Shown one piece after another: positions 1 to 7,549 of a DNA stretch of 64,000 nt; the stretch's first letter is position 1, and each line of letters opens with the position of its first letter. The notes beneath the pieces were generated by a model. That model had not been told where the DNA came from and did not search any database. It saw only the letters and a program-made list of their open reading frames with translations. This DNA is from an uncultured bacterium (lineage in GTDB: Bacteria > Zixibacteria > MSB-5A5 > CAIYYT01), in NCBI GenBank assembly GCA_963698225.1, contig CAVOPW010000003.1, forward strand, positions 24,482 through 88,481. The letters run 5' to 3'. The position numbers and the translations under genes are program-made.

Positions 1-1
1 A

Positions 2-619
2 CGTTATCTTTGGAGGGACGGCAAGATTCAGAGTCTGTTGATCAAGACAAGTGATGCACTCGATTCCATGCGGTCGGTGAGCAACAGCGTGGCCAAGCAG
101 GTGAATCAGACCGCGGCGGCGACGGCGCAGGCGGATTTGGGTGAGTATCTTTATCGCACCAAACAGCTGGAATTTCTGGCAGGTAAAGAGCGCGTGTTAA
201 GCGCGGCGATTTCGGAAATCAAAGGCCTGATTGCCGGCCAACCGTATTACGAACAAATGGTGAAGCGTCTTGAAGACAAGGTAACCGAGAAACGCAAGAC
301 TTATCAGACCTGGCAGGAAGAGGCGGACAAACTGAAGATTCGGCGCGCCACAACCGAGGCCGAGGCCGAAACCAAGTACACGATACTGGAGCCGGCCGCA
401 ATACCGCTGGAGCCGGCGTCGCCAAACCGCGTAAAAATCGCTCTGATGGGTTTGGCTTTGGGCATTGTGCTGGGTGGATGTGCTGTAGTAATTGCTGAAG
501 TGGTGGATCATTCCATCAAACGAATTGAAGATATTGAGGAGCTGTTGGGACTGGAAGTGGTCGGCACGATACCGAATATCGAGCAGGCCTCGCAGCCCAA
601 GGGCGCCAAGGTGGCATAA
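2..619 (+). CDS. Polysaccharide chain-length determinant (Wzz/GumC-like, PEP-CTERM-locus type), C-terminal fragment. The 5' end lies upstream of the window.
   Basis: The ORF is open from the window edge. A coiled-coil-like region is followed by the ILEPAAIPLEPASPNRVKIALMGLALGIVLGG Pro-rich motif and a second TM helix, typical of the Wzz C-terminus. It is followed by a BY-kinase gene and an XrtA-type deacetylase gene. Confidence 0.55.
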   Translation, partial: RYLWRDGKIQSLLIKTSDALDSMRSVSNSVAKQVNQTAAATAQADLGEYLYRTKQLEFLAGKERVLSAAISEIKGLIAGQPYYEQMVKRLEDKVTEKRKTYQTWQEEADKLKIRRATTEAEAETKYTILEPAAIPLEPASPNRVKIALMGLALGIVLGGCAVVIAEVVDHSIKRIEDIEELLGLEVVGTIPNIEQASQPKGAKVA

Positions 620-629
620 GGAAGTGCTC

Positions 630-1748
630 ATGGAAACTTACCGTCTCAATTCGCGAGTCGCTTCAAATGACCGCGAATACTTGATTCAAACCGTCAATGA
701 CACCAGCAGTCATCAGATTCGGTCATCCATATTTTCGGATGGTCATCTGTTGGAAACCGTCGAGGAAAGCGTGTATCCGCACATGCCGGAGCAGGAATTG
801 CTGGAACTGGTGAAGACGGCGCACAAGGAGCGCAAAGAAGAAGTCGAGAGCCTCTTCGAACGCTACAAAGAGGCGTTAGGGTCAAACGACGTTGAGCATA
901 TCGACTATCTGGGTATGGCGCTGATGTACAAGCACATGCATGAAGAAGCCGAATCGCTGTTCCGCCGCGCCGTGGCGATTCGCCCGGAATCGCATGAGGC
1001 GCTGAACCATCTCGGGATGGTGTTGATGACGCTGCACAAGTATCCGGAAGCGGTCGAGGTCTTTGGCCGCTGTATCGCAGCGCAGCCGAAGTTTGCGGAC
1101 TACCGCAATAATCTCGGTGAAGCCTTTCTGGCGGTTGGTTCATGCAAGCGAGCGATGATTGAATTTGACGAGGCGATTAACATTAACATTTACTACGGCG
1201 ACGCCTATTACAACAAGGCGCTGACCTACATTCTGAACTCCATTCGGCGCGAAGACTTCAAGCTGTTCTCCGAGGCTGCCGACAAGACGCTGGAGATGAT
1301 CGAGCGTGCAATTGTCGTCTGTCCCGAATATCAGGACAAGAGTTTTGATGAAGGTAAGCAGCTCTTGAGTGACGGCGATCTCGACGGTGCGTATCACAAG
1401 TTCCTGCTCTCGCGCGAGCGCAAGAAAGAACGGCGCTTCAAGGAATTTTCCAATGTTTACCTGAAATTCATGTTGGCGGCGGACAAGGTTGACGAGAAAA
1501 TGCTGCGGCGGCGGATCGAAAGCCTGAAGGAAGCTATTTCCAAGAGTCCGCACTATCCGGATCTGCATTATGACCTGGCGGTGGCTTACACACTGATGGG
1601 CCGGTTCGTTCACTCGAAGGCGATAAAAGAATATCAAGAAGCCCTGAAAATCAATCCCGACTTTGATCGCGCCAAGAAAAGCCTGCGACTGGCGGAAAAT
1701 GAGTTCCGCGGTTTCGATGTCCTGGTGAAAGCGATTCTCAAGGGATAA
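630..1748 (+). CDS. TPR-repeat protein of the EPS locus
   Basis: ATG at 630 is preceded by AAGGAAG. The protein has multiple TPR-like helical repeats (AYYNKALTY, LHYDLAVAYTLMGR, ALKINPDF). The upstream part of track ORF 492..1748 overlaps the preceding gene and is unlikely to be translated. Confidence 0.65.
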   Translation: METYRLNSRVASNDREYLIQTVNDTSSHQIRSSIFSDGHLLETVEESVYPHMPEQELLELVKTAHKERKEEVESLFERYKEALGSNDVEHIDYLGMALMYKHMHEEAESLFRRAVAIRPESHEALNHLGMVLMTLHKYPEAVEVFGRCIAAQPKFADYRNNLGEAFLAVGSCKRAMIEFDEAININIYYGDAYYNKALTYILNSIRREDFKLFSEAADKTLEMIERAIVVCPEYQDKSFDEGKQLLSDGDLDGAYHKFLLSRERKKERRFKEFSNVYLKFMLAADKVDEKMLRRRIESLKEAISKSPHYPDLHYDLAVAYTLMGRFVHSKAIKEYQEALKINPDFDRAKKSLRLAENEFRGFDVLVKAILKG

Positions 1749-1751
1749 CGA

Positions 1752-2456
1752 ATGGGCAGGGAACAGCGTCGTCCGATATTTGAATACTACCATCCAGAGT
1801 CGGTCATCGGGACGGAATTTCGTCGTCTTCTGCACAACATTACCCGGCCGGTGAAGGGCGTTTCGAAGCGGTCATTCTTGATTACTTCGGCAATGCTCTC
1901 GGAAGGGAAGTCCACGATATCATCTTATCTGGCGATTACGGCTGCCTCCTATAAAAAGCGCAAGACCATTCTCATCGACGCCGATTTGCGTCGTCCAACT
2001 ATTCACAAGATATTCGATTTGCCGCTCGAGCGGGGAATTACCGACTTGATTGACGGCAAGATTTCCGCGGAGGAGGCTTTCAAGCAGACTCCAATACCTG
2101 ACCTGTCGATTATGACCGCGGGAACGCTGAAACAGAATCCGACGGAGCTGTTTGAAAGCGATGCCGTGAAGACCGCCATCGAAAAAGTCAAATTTTACTT
2201 CGACCTTGTCTTTGTTGACTGCGCGCCGATCATTCCGGTCTCGGATCCGGTCGTGCTGGCGCCGGATATGGACGGCATACTTCTCGTCGTCAAGGCAGGC
2301 GCCACGCAGAGAGAAGTTATTCGCCGCGCTGTCGATATCATAGCTAAGACCGATGCGAACATCGTCGGCGTTGTGCTGAATAATCAATCAGGCGTATTGC
2401 CGTATCACTACAACTACCAGTACTACGGCTATCATTACGCGACCAAGAATCAGTAG
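1752..2456 (+). CDS. Tyrosine-protein kinase ATPase (BY-kinase, CpsD/CapB-like; PEP-CTERM locus type)
   Basis: Walker A motif SEGKST, Walker A' DADLRRP and Walker B VFVDCAP are present. A C-terminal Tyr cluster (YHYNYQYYGYHY) typical of autophosphorylating BY-kinases is also present. Confidence 0.85.
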   Translation: MGREQRRPIFEYYHPESVIGTEFRRLLHNITRPVKGVSKRSFLITSAMLSEGKSTISSYLAITAASYKKRKTILIDADLRRPTIHKIFDLPLERGITDLIDGKISAEEAFKQTPIPDLSIMTAGTLKQNPTELFESDAVKTAIEKVKFYFDLVFVDCAPIIPVSDPVVLAPDMDGILLVVKAGATQREVIRRAVDIIAKTDANIVGVVLNNQSGVLPYHYNYQYYGYHYATKNQ

Positions 2457-2461
2457 ACTTT

Positions 2462-3355
2462 ATGAAGAATGTCCTCACGTTTGACGTGGAAGAGTACTTC
2501 CAGGTAGAAGCATTTTACGGTGTTGTGCCGCGCGACGAATGGGATACGCGCCAGAGCCGGATCACGATGAACATGTTACGGATTCTCGATATTCTCGATG
2601 AATACCGGGCGACGGCGACATTCTTCGTGCTTGGCTGGGTGGCGGAGCGCCATCCGCACCTGTTGGGAATGATCAAGGCGCGCGGGCACGAACTGGCATC
2701 GCACGGGTACGGCCACGATTCAATTAAGAGGCTGAATCAGACGGAGTTTCGCGACGACCTCCTGCGGTCGATTGCTGCTATCGAGGCGGCATCCGGGGTT
2801 CGGGTTCGCGGCTATCGGGCGCCGACATTTTCGGTGGACCGCAAAAAGGAGTGGATATGGGAGACGCTGGTGGAATGCGGATTCGAGTACGACTCCAGTA
2901 TTTATCCGATCTACCACGATCTCTATGGAGATCCTTCAGCGCCGCGGTTTCCGTATTACATCAATACGGCGGTGGGACGATTGTTAGAAATTCCGCCGAC
3001 GACCTGCACGGTTTTCGGGAGGCGGCTGCCGGCCTGTGGCGGCGGCAGTTTCCGGCTGTTCCCGTACTGGTATACCAAGCGGGCAACCAAGGCCTACAAC
3101 GCTTGTGGTTATCCGTCGATGGTGTACTTGCACCCGTGGGAAATTGATCCGACGCAACCGCGAGAGAAAAACGCCGGACTGAAGAGTCGACTGCGCCACT
3201 ACACTAATCTCCACACCGTCGAACCAAAACTGCGGCGCATGTTGTCGGAGTACCCGTTTGCGTCCGTGAAGGAGGTTTATGTTGATGGTGGTGCCGATCT
3301 GCGGGAGGCGATGAAAAGAGACTCGGCAAAGCACCCTTCCGGAACCCAGAGCTGA
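2462..3355 (+). CDS. Polysaccharide deacetylase-family protein (XrtA/PEP-CTERM-associated subfamily)
   Basis: The N-terminus LTFDVEEYFQVEAF...TFFVLGWVAERHP...SHGYGH is highly characteristic of the PEP-CTERM-locus deacetylase family (TIGR03006-like). Co-location with the chain-length determinant and BY-kinase supports the call. Confidence 0.8.
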   Translation: MKNVLTFDVEEYFQVEAFYGVVPRDEWDTRQSRITMNMLRILDILDEYRATATFFVLGWVAERHPHLLGMIKARGHELASHGYGHDSIKRLNQTEFRDDLLRSIAAIEAASGVRVRGYRAPTFSVDRKKEWIWETLVECGFEYDSSIYPIYHDLYGDPSAPRFPYYINTAVGRLLEIPPTTCTVFGRRLPACGGGSFRLFPYWYTKRATKAYNACGYPSMVYLHPWEIDPTQPREKNAGLKSRLRHYTNLHTVEPKLRRMLSEYPFASVKEVYVDGGADLREAMKRDSAKHPSGTQS

Positions 3356-3564
3356 CATCTTTTCGGCTATACCGCGCAACCGCAAACAAACTCGACTTCC
3401 CGGGACTAATTAGCGGCCGGATCCATTGCAACTCGAGACCCAATTGCGAAACATCAAATAACTAATCAAGGGTCAATGATGAACTACATCATTAGATTGG
3501 ACTTGAATGTCCGCTTTGACTTTGTTAGTATATTCCCAAAGGACTATTAACCCAGTGTCAAACC

Positions 3565-4728
3565 ATGGATCGTCTTGTCTCGATCGTCGCTATTATTCTT
3601 GCAGCCCTGGCTGGTCAGGTTCAGGCCCAATCGGCATCGCCTTATGGCGTTAACTCAATAACCGATGGTCAGTCGGTTGTTGTCTACTGGTTCTTTCCGG
3701 CCGTCAACGAAACGACACTTGCCCAAGTCGATGAGGAACCGCAGTCGTTCTTGCTTTATGGCACAGCCGATGCCGGGGCGCGTCTGGCTTCAGTATTTGA
3801 TCTACCAAACAGCATCTGCGCCATTGAAGCGGTGGAAATTCGGTTGTGGCCTGACGATCCATTTCCACGGCTGCCTGGGGACGAGTCGTCGCCCTTTGGG
3901 CTGGCCATCGCTACCGCACTCTGCACGGACACAACGGCAGTGCCAGTTTGGCAGGGGGTGAATCTGGTGGCGGCTTCCGGCACGACAGGATGGCAACGAA
4001 TTCCGGTCAGGAAATCGGCCCCTTCGGATGTCGTTGTGGTCGAGTTCCGGTGGCAGGTCGGTACGCCAACCGCGCCGCTTCCAGCTGTTGCTTTCAGCAG
4101 CCACTTCGTCAATTCCTATATGGGAGTTGTTCGTGACGGTAGAGTAGAATGGAGCGCGGTCTATGATGCTGTAGCGCTAATGAGAGTTCAAATCAACCTG
4201 GCTGATATCGATGCCGGGAGGTCAGTTGGCGAATCTGCGCCGGATTCATTCAGCGTATTCGTATTTGACGCTCCTGACGGATTCGTTCCGAGCGAGCCGA
4301 TGGTCGTGACAGTCAGCGACTCCCTGCACGTTGTTCTTGATCGCGGGAACGCAGAAGGGAAGTTTGTTGCCGTTGCGGCCTGGCAAGATGACGTAATGAG
4401 CCGGAAGTCCGAGATCATCCGGATCGATGCGGCCACTGATGTCGACGAAGAGGTTCTTCCCGAGGGGTTTACTGCTTTGATGCAGAATTATCCCAATCCA
4501 TTCAATAATCAGACGGTCATATTATCAGACCGAAACGGGGAGGTTGTCATTTACAACCTGCTGGGCAGCGAGGTGTGTCGATTGCAGGCAACAAATCGTG
4601 CGGATGATGGGCCATTTCGCTTTGAATGGAATGGCCGGTCAGGCTTGGGGATTGCTTTGCCGAGCGGAGTCTATTTCTATCGGCAGGAAGGGTGCCTTGA
4701 GGCCAAAAAGCTGGTTCTGCTAAAGTAG
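3565..4728 (+). CDS. Secreted protein with a T9SS type-A C-terminal sorting domain
   Basis: Signal peptide MDRLVSIVAIILAALAGQVQA. The C-terminal 80 aa (NYPNPFNNQTVI...VIYNLLGSEV...GVYFYRQ...KKLVLLK) match the Por_Secre_tail (TIGR04183) consensus closely. Confidence 0.8.
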   Translation: MDRLVSIVAIILAALAGQVQAQSASPYGVNSITDGQSVVVYWFFPAVNETTLAQVDEEPQSFLLYGTADAGARLASVFDLPNSICAIEAVEIRLWPDDPFPRLPGDESSPFGLAIATALCTDTTAVPVWQGVNLVAASGTTGWQRIPVRKSAPSDVVVVEFRWQVGTPTAPLPAVAFSSHFVNSYMGVVRDGRVEWSAVYDAVALMRVQINLADIDAGRSVGESAPDSFSVFVFDAPDGFVPSEPMVVTVSDSLHVVLDRGNAEGKFVAVAAWQDDVMSRKSEIIRIDAATDVDEEVLPEGFTALMQNYPNPFNNQTVILSDRNGEVVIYNLLGSEVCRLQATNRADDGPFRFEWNGRSGLGIALPSGVYFYRQEGCLEAKKLVLLK

Positions 4729-4837
4729 TGCATGACCATCAGTTTGCTATTTGTCGATGTGTCGATTTATCCGAAAATTGTATCGGATTGAAACAGACCT
4801 GCAAATTCGGGGCGCTCGCCGGTAAATAATTAAGCGG

Positions 4838-7549
4838 TTGCTGTCGATTAACTTAGATATGGAGCGCACCGTCCAATCTACGCTGTCGCCGGAAGCCATT
4901 GCGGCATTCTTGCGCGAAGTCACTGCTGCAGCCAAAAAGATCGGAATTTATCCGCCTGGACATCCGGCGACGGTAAAAGCGGCCGAGCGGCCGTTTGCAC
5001 TCCTGCGCGAGTTGTTGGATTCGGGTCGTGCAGTCGTGTTTGCGTTGAGTGAGGGAACACTGGTCGGTGACGGAGCACCCTTGGATACGAAACTGATGAC
5101 GGAAGGGTTGGGCAAGGCGCTGATTGAGTCGGGACTCTCGTCCATATCGTTTGAAGCGTGCATCACCAGTCAAGAATTTGAATTGCTATTAGCGCAGCTC
5201 AATTTGAAGAAAGAGCATCGCGATTTGCAGAAATTCGTTGAACAAAACCAGGTTCGCGGCATCAAATTCGGGAAATTCCAATATCAGCTCGTCAAAGACA
5301 ATGAGCGCGTCGTATCCGAAGACGAAATGGTCTTCGGCGGCGGCAGTGGCGGAGGAAGCGGTTCGGGCGGGGGCTCGGGCGCAGGCGGACAAAGCACGCT
5401 TGACTCTAAAGAGGTTGCTCAACAAGTAGAACGAACGATGACAGATGTCCTTCGCAAGTACCCCGAGCTATTGCTGCAAATTGTCGTTCGAAAACTCGGA
5501 GTCACAGGCAGTGGCGGTGGGGGCGGAGGCGGCATTGGGACCGGAAGCGGTTCTGGCAGCGGCAAAGGGGGGGGTGGATTCGGATCCGGTGCTGGCGAGG
5601 GAAGCGGACCGGGTGGGGGAAACGGCGGCGGGAGCGGAGGGGGCTTCGGAGCCGGAATTGGTACCGGCAGCGGCAGAGGGGGTGGTGGATTCGGATCTGG
5701 CGCTGGCGATGGAAGTGGGCCAGGTGGCGGAATCGGCGGCGGTCTGGGTAGCGGGGCTGGTGGCGGTTCAGGTGCGGGCAGCGAAGTCGAGTGGCGCGGA
5801 GACATTGCCGGCGCTGTTCGTGAGGGTCTTCGTGCCCTCGGTATATCGCACGCCACTGGCGCGGAAAGTGGATCAGGTGCAGGTTCTGGAAGCGATTCCG
5901 GCAAGGGGGCGGGATCTGGTTCTGGAACCGGTGTAAAATTCTCGCCCGACGATTACAAGAAGCTCAAGGACGCTTTCAAGCAAGTCGACAACGAAGAACT
6001 GCTCGGGCTTCTCATTTCCGCGCTAAAGGTCTCGCTTGGGGCGTCTAAGAATGTGGATAGAGTTGACGTGGGCAAGACCTTGGTGGGCTTCCGGGAACTA
6101 TTGGCCGAGCGGGAAGCGATGGAACTGCTGCCCAGGCTTAGAGCTGAGATTGAGAATCTTGATCTCGTCAATAACGACTATTTGCGCGAAATGCTTTCGG
6201 CCGATGCGACACCAAAGAAAGTCGCGCACATCGAGATCGAGAATTTCAAGTCGGACTTTTTCATGGGGGCTGTCAATCCCCACAACGTCGACGATGTTCT
6301 CGGTTGGCTGGAGACGATCAGTGACAAGCAGTACACTGAAGACTTCATCAAAAAATTTTACGACGGTATGGCTCACCAGGGATATGAACTTACCGAATCG
6401 CAGCACGAGGCATTGCTGCGTTTTGCTTCTCTGTGTGCGGAAGATGCTGGTGCGCCGGTTTCGCGCCAGCAGATTCATGAGATACGGGAGCGGCTGTCGG
6501 ATCCTGCGGTGGACTTGAAGGAGTTTATGCTCCTGGCAGAAATGCTGGAAAAATATTACATCAAGTACATTGAACTGGATCTCTACACCGAAGCCGGCTC
6601 TCTTCTGGACTTGGTTATCCAGAAACAGGATGCCGAAGTCATCTACAACGAAGGGGTGATGGAGTACGCAGCCAAGGTCTATCAGCGGATGTCCTCGGCG
6701 CAGCTTGCCGAGCAGTTGGTGGCTAAATTGGGCAGAAGCCTCGAGTTGGTCGGCAAGCCGATGATACCATTGCTTGAGAAGTTCAGCAATCTTGAGCCGA
6801 TTCTGGTCTTTGCAAGCTATCTTAATCACAATGACCGCGGCGTGCGCATAACTCTCATTCGAATTCTGTCGAGTTTTGGCGAAAAGACTCTAAACGCGTT
6901 TAAGCTGGTGTTGTCCGATCGGACCCTCACAGCCCGACCACTGGGAAAGTCGGAGTTGCCGACCGAAACCTGGTTCAAGCTACGCAATCTGATCTTCGTA
7001 CTGGGCAATATCCTGCATCCGGATTCGGTAGACATTGTGCGTAGATTCGCACAGGATCCGGACGACCGGGTAGTGATGGAAGCTCTGTCGGCGCTCGAGA
7101 AATTGGGCGGACCGGAGTCAGCCAAGGCCGTTGCCAAGTTGTTGCAACATCCGACCCATGAAATTCATGTCAAAGCCCTGCATGCCCTTGGACAGATCGG
7201 AACGGCTGAAGAGTATCCTTATGTCGAGGATTATTTTCTTCATAATGTCACTGACCGGCAGGCGATATTGCCGGTGCTGATCAGGTTGGACAAGCAACGG
7301 AGTTTGAGTTTTCTGGCCCAGGTTCTGCTCGGGGAGTCAGAAATCTATAACAAACTGTTCGCAAAAGCGGATGTTGAGTTAAACGAGACGATCGTGAAAA
7401 CGTTCATACTGTTGAGATCGGTGATCTTTGACGATGTTTTGCGCAAATATGTACGCAATTCCTCGCGTTCACTCTTCGGGCAATTCAGAAAGTCCGAATC
7501 CGTTAAGATGGCTGAACGGTACCTGAAGACCGTCTCCGCAGATGAATGA
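4838..7549 (+). CDS. Large cytoplasmic(?) protein with an N-terminal domain, a Gly/Ser-rich low-complexity spacer (about 150 aa) and C-terminal HEAT/PBS-lyase-like repeats
   Basis: 903-aa ORF with TTG at 4838 or ATG at about 4859. No signal peptide. The GGGSGGGSG... region includes a 2x ~40-aa tandem repeat. The C-terminal DPDDRVVMEALSALEKLG / HPTHEIHVKALHALGQIG repeats are HEAT-like. The stop overlaps the next gene's start (ATGA). Confidence 0.7.
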   Translation: MLSINLDMERTVQSTLSPEAIAAFLREVTAAAKKIGIYPPGHPATVKAAERPFALLRELLDSGRAVVFALSEGTLVGDGAPLDTKLMTEGLGKALIESGLSSISFEACITSQEFELLLAQLNLKKEHRDLQKFVEQNQVRGIKFGKFQYQLVKDNERVVSEDEMVFGGGSGGGSGSGGGSGAGGQSTLDSKEVAQQVERTMTDVLRKYPELLLQIVVRKLGVTGSGGGGGGGIGTGSGSGSGKGGGGFGSGAGEGSGPGGGNGGGSGGGFGAGIGTGSGRGGGGFGSGAGDGSGPGGGIGGGLGSGAGGGSGAGSEVEWRGDIAGAVREGLRALGISHATGAESGSGAGSGSDSGKGAGSGSGTGVKFSPDDYKKLKDAFKQVDNEELLGLLISALKVSLGASKNVDRVDVGKTLVGFRELLAEREAMELLPRLRAEIENLDLVNNDYLREMLSADATPKKVAHIEIENFKSDFFMGAVNPHNVDDVLGWLETISDKQYTEDFIKKFYDGMAHQGYELTESQHEALLRFASLCAEDAGAPVSRQQIHEIRERLSDPAVDLKEFMLLAEMLEKYYIKYIELDLYTEAGSLLDLVIQKQDAEVIYNEGVMEYAAKVYQRMSSAQLAEQLVAKLGRSLELVGKPMIPLLEKFSNLEPILVFASYLNHNDRGVRITLIRILSSFGEKTLNAFKLVLSDRTLTARPLGKSELPTETWFKLRNLIFVLGNILHPDSVDIVRRFAQDPDDRVVMEALSALEKLGGPESAKAVAKLLQHPTHEIHVKALHALGQIGTAEEYPYVEDYFLHNVTDRQAILPVLIRLDKQRSLSFLAQVLLGESEIYNKLFAKADVELNETIVKTFILLRSVIFDDVLRKYVRNSSRSLFGQFRKSESVKMAERYLKTVSADE
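5525..5775 (+). repeat. Tandem ~120-nt coding repeat (2 copies) encoding a Gly-rich GIGTGSG..GGGGFGSGAG(E/D)GSGPGGG.. module
   Basis: Two consecutive near-identical peptide modules (GIGTGSGSGSGKGGGGFGSGAGEGSGPGGGNGGGSGGGFGA / GIGTGSGRGGGGFGSGAGDGSGPGGGIGGGLGSGAGGGSGA) are read from the sequence, with corresponding DNA similarity. Confidence 0.6.

Noticed and set aside
3490-3545. Sigma70-like promoter upstream of the T9SS-cargo gene (TTGAAT-N17-TAGTAT / TTGACT...TATATT)
   Set aside because: Alternative alignments give either a poor -10 or a wrong spacer length. It is too ambiguous to call.
5419-5904. 161-aa Pro-rich ORF on the minus strand
   Set aside because: It is the antisense shadow of the Gly-rich (GGN-codon) region of gene 4838..7549. 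Pro codons CCN are the complements of Gly codons GGN.
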